64,000 nt of DNA from a virus. Taxonomy: Duplodnaviria > Heunggongvirae > Uroviricota > Caudoviricetes. Location: positions 5,853 to 69,852 of IMG/VR virus record IMGVR_UViG_2654587728_000014. One strand, written 5' to 3'. The stretch's first letter is position 1. Every line of letters starts with the position of its first letter. The notes beneath the pieces were generated by a model that saw nothing but the letters and a program-made list of their open reading frames with translations, ran no database searches and had not been told where the DNA came from. The translations under genes and the position numbers were made by a program. Below, piece by piece: positions 18,621-29,053 of the stretch.

Positions 18621-18931
18621 TGGTCGATATTACCCGGGTACGCCGCGAATCCCTGCGCTGGAGTCTGCTGGTTGCCCTGAACAAGACCCGCCCTTACACC
18701 GCCAGCGAGACGCTGCTGCTGGATGTGTCCCGTGCCATCTACCCGGACACCACACCGCTGGAACTGCGCCGCGAACTGGATTATCTGGCTGACCGTAAAA
18801 TGGTTGAGCTGGAGAAAAAACCTTCTGGCGACTGGTTTGCTGACCTGACCCGCCTCGGCGTAGACCTGGTGGAATACACCGTGGAATGTGGTCCGGGTAT
18901 TGCCCGCCCGGAAAAGTACTGGAGTGAATAA
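18620..18931 (+). CDS. hypothetical protein
   Basis: 103-aa ORF, start overlaps upstream stop. Confidence 0.45.
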   Translation: MVDITRVRRESLRWSLLVALNKTRPYTASETLLLDVSRAIYPDTTPLELRRELDYLADRKMVELEKKPSGDWFADLTRLGVDLVEYTVECGPGIARPEKYWSE

Positions 18932-19476
18932 TGGCCAGACGCAGCACAATAGAAAAGCTGCCGGAAGACGTGCGCCGCTGGCTTGAACGGGCGCTGACTG
19001 AATCCGGCTTCAGCGGGTATAACGAGCTGGAGTCACTGTTGCGTGAGCGGGGGTACGTCATCAGCAAATCCGCTATCCATCGCTATGGACAGAAGATTGA
19101 GCGCCGCTATGGTGCTATCCGTGCGGCAACAGAAGCGGCCCGCATGCTGACCGAAGGCGCAGCAGACGATCAGGATGCGCGTTCGGAGGCTGTGATAGCC
19201 CTTATTCAGACCGAGCTGTTCGAGAGTATTGTCCAGTTGCAGGAGGCGGAAGAAGGCGAAGTCGATCCTAAAGAACGCGTGGCCCTGCTGTCGAAGGTGG
19301 CGAAGAATGTGGCTACGCTGTCCCGCGCGTCCGTCAACCTCAAAAAGTTCCAGTCTGAAGTACGGGCCAGAGCGCAGCAGGCAGCCAGCAACGCCGAGAA
19401 AATTGCCCGTAAGGGGGGACTGTCAAGCGACGCAGTACAGGCGCTTCGTCGCGAGATTCTGGGGATTGCCACATGA
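18931..19476 (+). CDS. putative terminase small subunit (Mu gp27 / DUF3486-like)
   Basis: 181 aa, position immediately upstream of the large terminase; helical and charged. Confidence 0.5.
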   Translation: MARRSTIEKLPEDVRRWLERALTESGFSGYNELESLLRERGYVISKSAIHRYGQKIERRYGAIRAATEAARMLTEGAADDQDARSEAVIALIQTELFESIVQLQEAEEGEVDPKERVALLSKVAKNVATLSRASVNLKKFQSEVRARAQQAASNAEKIARKGGLSSDAVQALRREILGIAT

Positions 19477-21068
19477 CAAAATCATCCGGAGTGATTTTAA
19501 ACGCCGCTGGCGGCGGCCCCGAAGGGATGAGTCCCATGGACGGGAGGAATAACCTTGCTCCCGTTTTGCCTGATACCTCGGCGCTGGATGCCCCTCCCGT
19601 TCTGTTGCCTTACCAGCAGCGCTGGGTGGCAGACACCTCTCCGCTTAAGGTGATAGAAAAGAGCCGTCGTACCGGTATTACATGGGCTGAGGCATCCGAT
19701 AACGTACTGACCGCCGCCTCTTCTGCGCCAGCAGGCGGGATGAATGTGTATTACATCGCTTATAACCAGGACATGACCGTCGAATACATTCAGGCGTGTG
19801 CGATGTGGGCACGGGCATTCAACTATGCGGCCAGTGAAATTGAAGAAGGATTCTGGGAAGAGGACGACGACGACAAACACATCAGGACTTACACCATCAA
19901 ATTTCCTGACTCCGGCTTTCGTATTGTTGCGCTCTCCAGCCGCCCGTCTAACCTGCGTGGCCGTCAGGGTATTATTGTTATCGACGAAGCGGCGTTCCAT
20001 GAGCAACTGGACGAACTGCTGAAAGCGGCGCTGGCGATGCTTATCTGGGGGGGAAAGGTACGCGTTATCTCCACCCATGACGGTGACGACAATCCGTTCA
20101 ATACGCTTATCGGGGATATCCGTGCCGGACGTCAGGGAGGCAGCATACATCGCATCACTTTCCGGGAAGCCGTATCTGAGGGGCTGTTCCGGCGCGTCTG
20201 TCTGCGCACCGGGAAGGAATGGTCGGAGGCATCCGAGCAGGCCTGGATGGCATCGGTGTACAAATTCTACGGTGCCGGCGCATCCGAAGAGCTTGACTGT
20301 ATTCCGGCCAACGGTGGCGGTGCCTGGCTGTCCCGTGCCCTGATAGAGTCCCGCATGTCCGCTGATACGCCGGTATTGCGTCTGACCTGCAAGGAAGGTT
20401 ATGAACTGCTGTCTGATGAGGTTCGCTTCCGCGAGACGCAGGACTGGCTTGATGAGTATCTGAAACCATTGCTGGAGGCACTCCCCACTGATGCCCGCTC
20501 TTTCCTGGGGCGCGACTTTGGCCGTAGCGGTGATTTGTCGGTGGACTATCCCCTGCTGCAGGAGAAGAACCTGGTACGACGCGTGCCATTCGTACTGGAG
20601 CTGCGTAACGTGCCGTTCAGACAGCAGGAGCAAATCACCTGGTATCTGATGGATGGCCTGCCCGGTCTGCTGGGTGCAGCGTTTGATGCCCGTGGTAATG
20701 GTGCCTATCTGGCTGAATACGCCATGCAGCGCTACGGCTCCGGCCGGGTTCAGCAGGTGATGCCAACCGAAGGCTGGTACCGGGAGCATATGCCTCCGGT
20801 CAAAGCTGCACTGGAAGACGGCAACCTGGTGGACTTACCAAAGGATGAAGACACACTGGATGACCTGCGGGCCGTTCAGGTGGTGAACGGTGTCCCCCGC
20901 GTACCGGAGCAACGCTCAAAAGCAAAGGCTGACGGTGGTAAACGCCACGGGGATTCAGCCATCGCACTGGCGCTGGCGTATTTCGCCAGCCGTGAAATTA
21001 ACAAAGGGCCGGTGAAGGCAAGCTCACGCCGTCGTCGTCAGGCGGCCCGTATGCTGGAGGGATTCTGA
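19473..21068 (+). CDS. terminase large subunit (Mu gp28-like)
   Basis: 531 aa; position and size, ATPase-like N-terminus and acidic nuclease-like motifs (IVIDEAAF). Confidence 0.8.
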   Translation: MTKSSGVILNAAGGGPEGMSPMDGRNNLAPVLPDTSALDAPPVLLPYQQRWVADTSPLKVIEKSRRTGITWAEASDNVLTAASSAPAGGMNVYYIAYNQDMTVEYIQACAMWARAFNYAASEIEEGFWEEDDDDKHIRTYTIKFPDSGFRIVALSSRPSNLRGRQGIIVIDEAAFHEQLDELLKAALAMLIWGGKVRVISTHDGDDNPFNTLIGDIRAGRQGGSIHRITFREAVSEGLFRRVCLRTGKEWSEASEQAWMASVYKFYGAGASEELDCIPANGGGAWLSRALIESRMSADTPVLRLTCKEGYELLSDEVRFRETQDWLDEYLKPLLEALPTDARSFLGRDFGRSGDLSVDYPLLQEKNLVRRVPFVLELRNVPFRQQEQITWYLMDGLPGLLGAAFDARGNGAYLAEYAMQRYGSGRVQQVMPTEGWYREHMPPVKAALEDGNLVDLPKDEDTLDDLRAVQVVNGVPRVPEQRSKAKADGGKRHGDSAIALALAYFASREINKGPVKASSRRRRQAARMLEGF

Positions 21069-22564
21069 TGGCGAGGGGTATCTGGGTTTCACCCGATGAA
21101 TTTGTTGCTTTTTCTGAGCCTCAGAAATCACTGACCGCGCAGATTGCCTCCCGCAGCCGCGCGATCGACTTTTACGGACTGGGCATGTATCTGCCCAATC
21201 CTGATCCCATTCTCAAGGCTCAGGGACGGGATATCCGTATCTACCGCGAACTGCGCACCGACCCGCTGGTCGGGGGCTGTATCCGCAGACGTAAAGCAGC
21301 GCTTAAATCGCTGGAGCGTGGACTGGAGCGTGGTCACGCCTCTGCCCGGGTCTTCCGTTTCATCCGCGACATGCTCGACGATCTGGATCTGTCCCGCATC
21401 ATCGGTGAAATGAGCGATGCCGTGCTCTACGGGTATCAGCCCTGTGAAATCATGTGGGGCCGTTCGGTCAGGTCGTGGGCGGTGACGGATATTGTCGGCA
21501 AACCGCCTGAGTGGTTTCAGTTTGATACGGACAACTGCCTGCGCTTCCGGGCGCGTGATGCGGGTGTGGAGGGTGAGCTGCTGTCACCGTCAAAATTCGT
21601 GGTGCCGGCACAGGATGCCTCGTATGACAATCCTTACGGTTTCCCGGACCTGTCCATGTGCTTCTGGCCGGTCGCCTTCAAGAAAGGCGGGATGAAATTC
21701 TGGCTCCGCTTTGCCGAAAAGTTTGGCTCCCCGTGGGTGATCGGTAAGCACCCGAGGGGTGCAAATGATGCAGAGATTGAAAAACTGCTGGACTCCATGG
21801 AGCAGATGGTGGAGGACGCGGTGGCCGCCATCCCCGATGACAGCAGCATCGAACTCAAAGCCGCGGATGGTAAGGCGGACAGCAGCGAGGTATTCCGCGA
21901 GCTGATCACACTGTCACGCAGTGAGATCTCCATTGCATTACTCGGTCAGAATCAGACCACGGAAGCGAACAGTAACAAGGCCTCTGCACAGGCCGGGCTG
22001 GAGGTAACGGCTGATATCCGCGATGCGGATGCGGACATCATTCAGGCGGCAGTGAATCAGGTCATCAGAACGGTGGTCACCCTGAACTTCGGCGATGTGC
22101 CGTGTCCGGTCTGGGCCATGTGGGAACAGGAGGCCATTGATGACACCCGTGCCACCCGCGACGAAAAACTCACCCGGGCGGGTCTGCGTCTGACCCCGCA
22201 GTACTTCAAGCGTGAGTACCAACTGCAGGACGGCGATATTGACGAGACACCACCGTCGGAACGACAGAATAACATGCTGCCGCTGTCATTTGCCGAGGCG
22301 ATTGATGCTGATATTCAGGCTCAGCAGCAGCTTGACGACGCGCTGGACATTCTGATGAACGGAGGCGCGTTAAATGGCACGCTGGAACCCGTCCTGGCAC
22401 CTCTGTTCAGGCGGGTCGAAAATGGGGTTAACCCGTCTGAGCTGCTGGGCGAACTGGCGGAGCTCTACCCTCAGATGAACACGGACGATCTGCAGGAGCG
22501 GCTGGCCCGCATTCTCTTTGTGACAAATATCCGGGGGCGTCTGCATGAGCGTGACAACGGCTGA
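21068..22564 (+). CDS. portal protein (Mu gp29 / DUF935-like)
   Basis: 498 aa, between terminase and MuF-like gene. Confidence 0.8.
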   Translation: MARGIWVSPDEFVAFSEPQKSLTAQIASRSRAIDFYGLGMYLPNPDPILKAQGRDIRIYRELRTDPLVGGCIRRRKAALKSLERGLERGHASARVFRFIRDMLDDLDLSRIIGEMSDAVLYGYQPCEIMWGRSVRSWAVTDIVGKPPEWFQFDTDNCLRFRARDAGVEGELLSPSKFVVPAQDASYDNPYGFPDLSMCFWPVAFKKGGMKFWLRFAEKFGSPWVIGKHPRGANDAEIEKLLDSMEQMVEDAVAAIPDDSSIELKAADGKADSSEVFRELITLSRSEISIALLGQNQTTEANSNKASAQAGLEVTADIRDADADIIQAAVNQVIRTVVTLNFGDVPCPVWAMWEQEAIDDTRATRDEKLTRAGLRLTPQYFKREYQLQDGDIDETPPSERQNNMLPLSFAEAIDADIQAQQQLDDALDILMNGGALNGTLEPVLAPLFRRVENGVNPSELLGELAELYPQMNTDDLQERLARILFVTNIRGRLHERDNG

Positions 22565-23366
22565 ACTGGCGTACTGCATGACGCTTCCCCCGAAGCGGGC
22601 AATCAACTACCTGAAGTCCAAAGGGTATCAGATTACCTGGGACTGGGAAGAAATGTGGCAGGAGGCCCATGCCCGCGCCTTTACCGTTGCTAAAGTGACC
22701 CGCCTGGATATCCTGGAAGATATTCGCGGGGCACTGCAGCAGGCTGTCGATGAAGGAAAAACCGATCGCTGGTTCCGGCAGGAGCTGGAGCCGGTGCTGA
22801 AGCGTAAGGGATGGTGGGGACCACGTGACACGACTGACCCGGTAACGGGTGAGCCAGTCACCATTCAGCAGGGCAGTCCGTGGCGGCTCGATACCATCTT
22901 TCGCACCAATATGTCCGTACTCTACAGCGCCGGTCGTTGGGCGGAACAGATGGAAAACGTCGACGACAGGCCGTACTGGATGTATACCGGCATCAACGAC
23001 AGCCATACCCGCAGGAGCCATCTGGCGCTGCATGGTCTGGTGCTGCGCTGGGATGACCCGTTCTGGCAGGCATTTTACCCGCCGAACGGCTGGCGCTGCC
23101 GCTGTAGTGTGATTGCCCTGAGTGCGGCGGATGTACGTGCCCGTGGCCTGAAGGTTATCAGCTCCGGCTCTGCCATGGGCCAGGAACTGAAACTGGTCTC
23201 AGAGAAAACCGGCGAAATGCGGAACGTGGCCACCTTTAATACCGGCACCACGAAGGTGATCACCGACGTCGGCTGGTCTTATGCACCGGGGGCAGCATAC
23301 CGTCCCGACCTGGCCCGCTATCAGGGTACGCTTCAGCCACTGGCACAACAGGAACTGAGAGGATAA
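22545..23366 (+). CDS. head morphogenesis protein (Mu F-like)
   Basis: 273 aa; WRTVLDSRTR-like core (DSHTRRSHLALHG) typical of the MuF family. Confidence 0.7.
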   Translation: MSVTTAELAYCMTLPPKRAINYLKSKGYQITWDWEEMWQEAHARAFTVAKVTRLDILEDIRGALQQAVDEGKTDRWFRQELEPVLKRKGWWGPRDTTDPVTGEPVTIQQGSPWRLDTIFRTNMSVLYSAGRWAEQMENVDDRPYWMYTGINDSHTRRSHLALHGLVLRWDDPFWQAFYPPNGWRCRCSVIALSAADVRARGLKVISSGSAMGQELKLVSEKTGEMRNVATFNTGTTKVITDVGWSYAPGAAYRPDLARYQGTLQPLAQQELRG

Positions 23367-23368
23367 CA

Positions 23369-23827
23369 ATGGCTTCCGATAACCTGGTCAGTATCACCAT
23401 TAACGATAAATCCCTGCGCCGGAGCCTCCGTGCGCTGGATCTTGCTGCCACAGACCTGGAGCCCGCGATGCGCAAAATTGCCGGAACCCTGCTGGCGGAA
23501 ACACAGTTTAACTTTCTTGATGAGGGGCGTCCGGGGTGGATGCCCTCGCTGGCAGCGGAAGAGCGTGACGGGCAGACACTGCAGGATACCGGGCGTCTGA
23601 TGGGGTCAGTATCAACCGACCATGACGACCGGCAGGCTGTTGTGGGGACCAACGTTGTTTACGGTGCCATTCACCAGTTCGGGGGTAAAACGGGGCGTAA
23701 TGAGTCTGTTGAACTTCCGGCCCGCCCGTTCCTGCCGGTGACGGGGGATGGAGAACTACAGCCTGAAGTGGTAATCCCCATCCTCGATACCATTGTCCGC
23801 CATCTTGAATCAGCGGCCCGTCGCTGA
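23369..23827 (+). CDS. virion morphogenesis protein (Mu G-like)
   Basis: 152 aa following the MuF gene. Confidence 0.5.
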   Translation: MASDNLVSITINDKSLRRSLRALDLAATDLEPAMRKIAGTLLAETQFNFLDEGRPGWMPSLAAEERDGQTLQDTGRLMGSVSTDHDDRQAVVGTNVVYGAIHQFGGKTGRNESVELPARPFLPVTGDGELQPEVVIPILDTIVRHLESAARR

Positions 23828-24041
23828 GTTTTCTCTCTTCAGGCGGGTGATTTATCATTGCCAGCGAATGAGGGGCTGTATTACCTTTATAAAGGCTTTA
23901 CAGCCTCTGTTTTATAACCGCCTCCGGTTCACCGTATTGCTTTCCCTGTCCTTCTCCCCTGATGTTTTCTAAAGCAGATTAAAATCGCCGGGCCTGCATT
24001 TCTCACAAACTGTCTCCGACAACATAACGCGGGACAGCAAA

Positions 24042-25157
24042 ATGTCAGCCATTCACATTTTTAAAGCCGGTACTCATACCGATATGCACGGCAAAAAACT
24101 GCCGTTCACGCCAGACGATCTTGCCGCCTGCGTGAAAGCCTATGACCCGTCCGTCCATGAAGCACCACTCGTGATTGGTCATCCCAGAACGGAAGACCCG
24201 GCGTGGGGCTGGGTGAAAGCCCTGTCGCTCAGCGGCGTCGATCTGATGGCAGAGCCTGCCCAGCTGGACCCGCAGTTTGCTGAGATGGTCACCGACGGAC
24301 GATTCAAAAAAGTGTCCGCCTCTTTCTACCTCCCGGATTCACCGTCCAATCCGAAGCCCGGCGTGCTCTACCTGCGCCATGTGGGCTTTCTCGGGGCACA
24401 GCCACCTTCCGTCAAGGGGCTGAAACAGGTGTCCTTCAGTGAGCAGGAAGAAGGTGTGGTGGAGTTCGCCGACTGGCAGGCCATCACGAATGCCTCCCTG
24501 TGGGGAAAGCTGCGCGATTTTCTGATCGCCCGCTTCAGTCTGGACGAAGCAGAAAAAGTCCTGCCGGAATGGCAGCTCAACAATCTGCGCGAAGAGGCGT
24601 ACCGCGACACACCGTCGCAGGATGCAGCAGGTGCGCAATTCAGTGAGACAGGCCAGGTGCCGTCTTCCGCAAGTAACGAGGAATCATCGATGACAAAAGA
24701 AGAGATTGAAGCCCTTCAGGAGGAGAACCGCCGCCTGAAGCAGCAGGCTGCTGATCGCGATGCGCGTGATGCACAGGTCAGACAGGAGCAACTGCATAAG
24801 GACAATGTGGCCTTTGCAGAAAAACTGGTCGCAGAGGGCCGTCTGGCTCCCCGCGCCTCCTCCGTGGTGGTTGCCCTGCTGGATGCCGTCGCCGGTGGCG
24901 ACAAGCCGGTGGAGTTTGCTGAGGGGGAAAGCCGCACACCGCTGGCCACCGCCTTTCGTTCATTGCTCTCCGACGGGGAGCCGGTGATGAATTTCGCCGA
25001 ACAGGCCACAAAAGAGCGTGTCGGCGACACGGTGAAGGTGGATGTGGCAGAGTTTGCGGAAGCCGATCCTGAGCGTCTGGCCCTGCATCAGAAAGCAGTG
25101 GCCCTGTCCAAAAAAGAAGGCATCAGCTATGAGGCTGCTGTCGCACGCTGCCTGTAA
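24042..25157 (+). CDS. head maturation protease / scaffold (Mu I-like)
   Basis: 371 aa; N-terminal protease-like domain, C-terminal coiled-coil scaffold-like region, upstream of the major head gene. Confidence 0.6.
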   Translation: MSAIHIFKAGTHTDMHGKKLPFTPDDLAACVKAYDPSVHEAPLVIGHPRTEDPAWGWVKALSLSGVDLMAEPAQLDPQFAEMVTDGRFKKVSASFYLPDSPSNPKPGVLYLRHVGFLGAQPPSVKGLKQVSFSEQEEGVVEFADWQAITNASLWGKLRDFLIARFSLDEAEKVLPEWQLNNLREEAYRDTPSQDAAGAQFSETGQVPSSASNEESSMTKEEIEALQEENRRLKQQAADRDARDAQVRQEQLHKDNVAFAEKLVAEGRLAPRASSVVVALLDAVAGGDKPVEFAEGESRTPLATAFRSLLSDGEPVMNFAEQATKERVGDTVKVDVAEFAEADPERLALHQKAVALSKKEGISYEAAVARCL

Positions 25158-25171
25158 TTTAAGGAGAGAGC

Positions 25172-26125
25172 ATGTCTGATTACTTAAAAGGTAAACGTGT
25201 CGTTGATCCGGTACTGACCAGTATCGCCCGTGGCTATAAAAATGCCGCATTCATCGGCGAACGTATTTTCCCCGTCGTGCTGACGGACAAGGAAGGCGTG
25301 CGTGTACCGACCTTCGGGAAAACCGCCTTTGTGGAATATGACACCGAGCGTGCCGTCGGGGCGGACAGCAATGTTCTGGTTCGTGAAAAAACAGGCACGC
25401 TGGACCTGGTGCTGGGTGAACACGATCTGGCTGCGCCGGTGGACTATCGCGAGCAGGCGGAGTCCATGTTTAACGAAGAGAGCAAGGCCATCCGTCGCGC
25501 CACGAATGGCGTGAACCTGCGCCGTGAACTTATCGCTGCCCGTCTGGCTCAGGATGAAAAGGTCTACCGTACCGGGCACGTCAAAAAACTGACAGCCAGT
25601 GATCGCTGGGTCGGTGGTAAGGGGGACCCCATCGGGGTGATTGAAGCCGGTATGGAAGCGGTCCGTACGGCCACGGGGCTGCGTCCTAACCTGATGACCA
25701 TGGGGGCCGGCGTGATGGCGCTGCTGAAGTTCCACCCGGCGATTCAGGCCGCCATCGGAGCCAACGAACGCAAGCGCATCACCACAGAAATCCTGCAGGA
25801 CCTCTTTCAGATCGAAGAGATCGTCATCGGTGCCCCAGTCTCCCTGCCGTCCATGAAAGCGGCAATGGATAAGAACAGCGTGCCGGCGGATATCTGGGGA
25901 GACAATCTGATGCTGCACTATGTCGGCAAACCGCAGCCGGGGGCGGACAGCGCGGACGAGAACGAGCCGTCCTTCGGCTACACCCTGCGTCGTAAGGGGA
26001 TGCCTGTTGCCGACAAATACGACGGAGCCGGTGGCAAGGTGAAGTACTGCCGTTATACCGATATCTACAAAGTCGCCGTGGTTGGTGGCGATGCCGGGTA
26101 TCTCATTACCGGTATCAGTAAATAA
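25172..26125 (+). CDS. major head protein (Mu T-like)
   Basis: 317 aa following protease/scaffold; strong RBS GGAGAG. Confidence 0.7.
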   Translation: MSDYLKGKRVVDPVLTSIARGYKNAAFIGERIFPVVLTDKEGVRVPTFGKTAFVEYDTERAVGADSNVLVREKTGTLDLVLGEHDLAAPVDYREQAESMFNEESKAIRRATNGVNLRRELIAARLAQDEKVYRTGHVKKLTASDRWVGGKGDPIGVIEAGMEAVRTATGLRPNLMTMGAGVMALLKFHPAIQAAIGANERKRITTEILQDLFQIEEIVIGAPVSLPSMKAAMDKNSVPADIWGDNLMLHYVGKPQPGADSADENEPSFGYTLRRKGMPVADKYDGAGGKVKYCRYTDIYKVAVVGGDAGYLITGISK

Positions 26126-26134
26126 GGAGGCGTT

Positions 26135-26473
26135 ATGGGAACCACTCAGCAGGTCATTCTGATCACAACCGTAACGGCAGGGGCAGCACTGGCACAGCAG
26201 CGTTTTGTCGGGGCAGATAATACCCCCTGTAAAGCCGGTGCCGCAGCGCTCGGGGTTGCCGAAGTGGATGCTGTTACCGGCGACAGCACGCCGGTGAGCG
26301 TTCTGGGCATTATTGCTGTCGAGGCCGGGGCCGCTGTCAGCCGTGGTGTGGCTGTTCAGTCAGATGCTCAGGCCAGAGCCGTGCCGCAGTCCGGCGACGG
26401 TAAATCCTGTGGTATTGCACTTGATGAAGCCGGGGGTGAAGGCGACGTCATTCGTATCCTGCGCGGGGTGTGA
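26135..26473 (+). CDS. head-associated hypothetical protein (DUF2190-like)
   Basis: 112 aa Ala/Val/Gly-rich. Confidence 0.4.
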   Translation: MGTTQQVILITTVTAGAALAQQRFVGADNTPCKAGAAALGVAEVDAVTGDSTPVSVLGIIAVEAGAAVSRGVAVQSDAQARAVPQSGDGKSCGIALDEAGGEGDVIRILRGV

Positions 26474-26474
26474 C

Positions 26475-26921
26475 ATGTACTGCACCCTGGAGGATTTGCT
26501 TGCGCAGGTGCCGGAGCGGACGCTTATCGAGCTCACCAGTGAAGAGATGGACTTCGACTCGCCTGCAACAGTGAATACCCGTGTGGTGGACAGCTGTATC
26601 CGCTATGCCGACGAGCTGATTGATGCCCATCTGCGCGGACGCTATATCCTGCCACTGGCAGAGATACCGACTGTTCTGCGGGACATTGCCATCACGCTGG
26701 TCCGTTACCGGCTCTACGCCCGCCGCCCGGAAGGTGACCTCCCGGATACGGTGAAGGATGACCACAAAGAAGCGCTGCGGCAACTCAGGGAGTTACGTGA
26801 TAACAGGCTCACGCTGGGGCTGCCGTCCACTCAGAAAGATGTGCCTGAGCCTGGCGAGTTTCGTGTACGCAGTCGCCCGGCCACTTTCGGCGGTCGTGAC
26901 GGTTTACTGGAGAAATACTGA
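26475..26921 (+). CDS. Mu gp36-like protein (DUF1320)
   Basis: Position after head genes; ATG at 26475. Confidence 0.45.
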   Translation: MYCTLEDLLAQVPERTLIELTSEEMDFDSPATVNTRVVDSCIRYADELIDAHLRGRYILPLAEIPTVLRDIAITLVRYRLYARRPEGDLPDTVKDDHKEALRQLRELRDNRLTLGLPSTQKDVPEPGEFRVRSRPATFGGRDGLLEKY

Positions 26922-27385
26922 TGAACGTTCTGCCCGTCCTTGATGCGGTACTGGCCCGGTTACGCGAGAAGCTGCCGCAACTGCAGGTGGAGTACTTCCC
27001 GGAGAAACCGGCTGAATATCGCCTGAACCATCCGGTTGGCGCGTTGCTGCTGAGCTATGCCGGTTCGCGCTTTGACAGGCCGGATGATACCGGTGCGGTG
27101 ATCCAGTCTCAGACTATCCAGCTCTGCGTCACGGTGGTCTTCCGCCAGCTCAACGGTAAAAAAGGGGCGATTAATGTCCTGGATGCTGTCCGCCGCATTC
27201 TCGGTGGCCACACCCCGCCCGGCTGCCGCCGCCGTATCTGGCTGACCCGCGAGGTGTTTATCGGTGAAGTCAGGGGGCTGTGGCAATACGCCCTCGACTT
27301 CGCGACTGAAAGCATCTTTATCGAAGACAGCGATTTACCGTCCGGCCCGCTGTTAACCGAAGTGAACTATGAGGAAAGCGAGTGA
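26921..27385 (+). CDS. Mu gp37-like protein (DUF1834)
   Basis: 154 aa in head-tail joining position. Confidence 0.45.
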   Translation: MNVLPVLDAVLARLREKLPQLQVEYFPEKPAEYRLNHPVGALLLSYAGSRFDRPDDTGAVIQSQTIQLCVTVVFRQLNGKKGAINVLDAVRRILGGHTPPGCRRRIWLTREVFIGEVRGLWQYALDFATESIFIEDSDLPSGPLLTEVNYEESE

Positions 27386-27636
27386 TGAAAGCATACCGCT
27401 ATTCCGGCCCGGCCAGCGGCGTCACGCTGTCGGACGGAACCGAAATCCTGCTCTGGCCGGGGAAGGCGGTTTCCCTGCCGGAGGAGCATGACTACGTGAA
27501 GGTACTGGTGGCGCTGAAGCATCTGACGCCGGTACCAGAAGATACTAAACCCGCCGTCACACCGGCTGTGCAGTCACCAAAGCGCAGAAGCAGCAGTGAC
27601 AGCGAAGTGAAAACGGAGGACGCCCATGGCAGCTAA
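27382..27636 (+). CDS. hypothetical protein
   Basis: 84-aa ORF with overlapping start/stop coupling to neighbours. Confidence 0.4.
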   Translation: MMKAYRYSGPASGVTLSDGTEILLWPGKAVSLPEEHDYVKVLVALKHLTPVPEDTKPAVTPAVQSPKRRSSSDSEVKTEDAHGS

Positions 27637-29053
27637 CTATCTGCATGGTCCCGAAACCATTGAGGTGGAAAACGGAGCCCGCCCGGTTAAAACGGTGAAA
27701 TCTGCCGTTATTGGCCTGATTGGTACCGCCCCGATGGGGGATGTCAATACGCTGGTACAGTGCCTGTCTGAGAAAGACGCAGCGGCATTTGGCAGCCAGT
27801 TCACCGGCTTTACCATTCCGCAGGCGCTGGATGCGATTTATGACCATGGTGCAGGCACCGTTCTGGTCATTAACGTCCTCGACCCGGCGAAACATAAAAC
27901 GGCGATCGAGGATGAGGTGGTTACCTTTGACAAATCGACAGGGCAGGCCAGACTGGCGCATCCGGTTGTCGCTAATGTGGTGGTGAAAAACAGTGAAGGC
28001 AGCACCACCCACACGGCGAACACGGACTACCGTGTTGATGCGCAGGCGGGTGTGCTCACGAACCTGGGCAAGGCTATTGAGGCCGGTGGCAGCGTGAAGG
28101 TGAGCTATGAGTACGCGGACCCGTCGAAGGTGACTGCGGCGGACATCATCGGCGGGGTGAACAGCGCCGGAAACCGAACCGGCATGAAGCTGCTTAACGA
28201 CAGCTTCAACCTGTACGGCTATTTCGCCAAAATTCTGATTGCGCCGGTGTTCTGCACCCAGAAGAGTGTCGCAGTTGAGCTTATCGCCATGGCAGAGAAG
28301 CTGGGCGCGGTAACCTACATTGATGCGCCTGTCGGTACCACCTTTGCACAGGCTCTGGCAGGTCGTGGCCCGGAAGGCACCATCAACTTCAATACCAGCT
28401 CCGACCGCGTCCGTCTGTGCTATCCGCATGTGAAGGTATATGACCCGGTGACAAACACAGAGCGTCTGGAGCCGCTCAGCCAGCGTGCAGCAGGTCTGCG
28501 TGCCAGAGTCGATCTGGACAAGGGCTACTGGTGGTCATCCTCCAATCAGGAGATTCTGGGGATCACCGGCGTGGAGCGCCAGCTGTCCGCGATGATTGAT
28601 GACCCGCAGAGTGAGGTAAACCTGCTTAACGAACAGGGGATCACCACGGTATTCAGCAGTTACGGCAGCGGCCTTCGTCTGTGGGGTAACCGGACGGCAG
28701 CATGGCCAACGGTCACCCATATGCGTAACTTTGAGAACGTTCGCCGCACCGGTGATGTGATCAACGAGTCCATTCGTTATTTCAGCCAGCAGTACATCGA
28801 CATGCCGATTACTCAGGCGCTGATTGATGCACTGACGGAGTCGGTCAACGCCTACGGTCGCAAAATGACTGGTGATGGTGCGGTACTGGGCTTCCGTTGC
28901 TGGTTTGATCCGGCCCGCAATCCGGAGACGGAGCTGGCCGCCGGGCACCTGTTGCTGAGCTACAAATATACGCCACCACCGCCGCTGGAGCGACTGACGT
29001 TTGAGACTGAGATCACCTCGGAATACCTGTTAACCCTGAAAGGGGGCAACTGA
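27626..29053 (+). CDS. tail sheath protein
   Basis: 475 aa directly upstream of the tube gene; typical contractile-tail order. Confidence 0.8.
   Translation: MAANYLHGPETIEVENGARPVKTVKSAVIGLIGTAPMGDVNTLVQCLSEKDAAAFGSQFTGFTIPQALDAIYDHGAGTVLVINVLDPAKHKTAIEDEVVTFDKSTGQARLAHPVVANVVVKNSEGSTTHTANTDYRVDAQAGVLTNLGKAIEAGGSVKVSYEYADPSKVTAADIIGGVNSAGNRTGMKLLNDSFNLYGYFAKILIAPVFCTQKSVAVELIAMAEKLGAVTYIDAPVGTTFAQALAGRGPEGTINFNTSSDRVRLCYPHVKVYDPVTNTERLEPLSQRAAGLRARVDLDKGYWWSSSNQEILGITGVERQLSAMIDDPQSEVNLLNEQGITTVFSSYGSGLRLWGNRTAAWPTVTHMRNFENVRRTGDVINESIRYFSQQYIDMPITQALIDALTESVNAYGRKMTGDGAVLGFRCWFDPARNPETELAAGHLLLSYKYTPPPPLERLTFETEITSEYLLTLKGGN

Noticed and set aside
19497-20789. 430-aa minus-strand ORF inside the Mu-like large terminase gene
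   Set aside because: Antisense to a gene with clear terminase context; low-complexity Gly/Arg/Pro-rich translation; no RBS context; typical spurious antisense ORF in GC-rich phage DNA.
25184-25918. 244-aa minus-strand ORF inside the major head gene
   Set aside because: Antisense to a well-placed head gene; no independent support.
27557-28429. 290-aa minus-strand ORF inside the tail sheath gene
   Set aside because: Antisense to the sheath gene in an otherwise strictly plus-strand operon.
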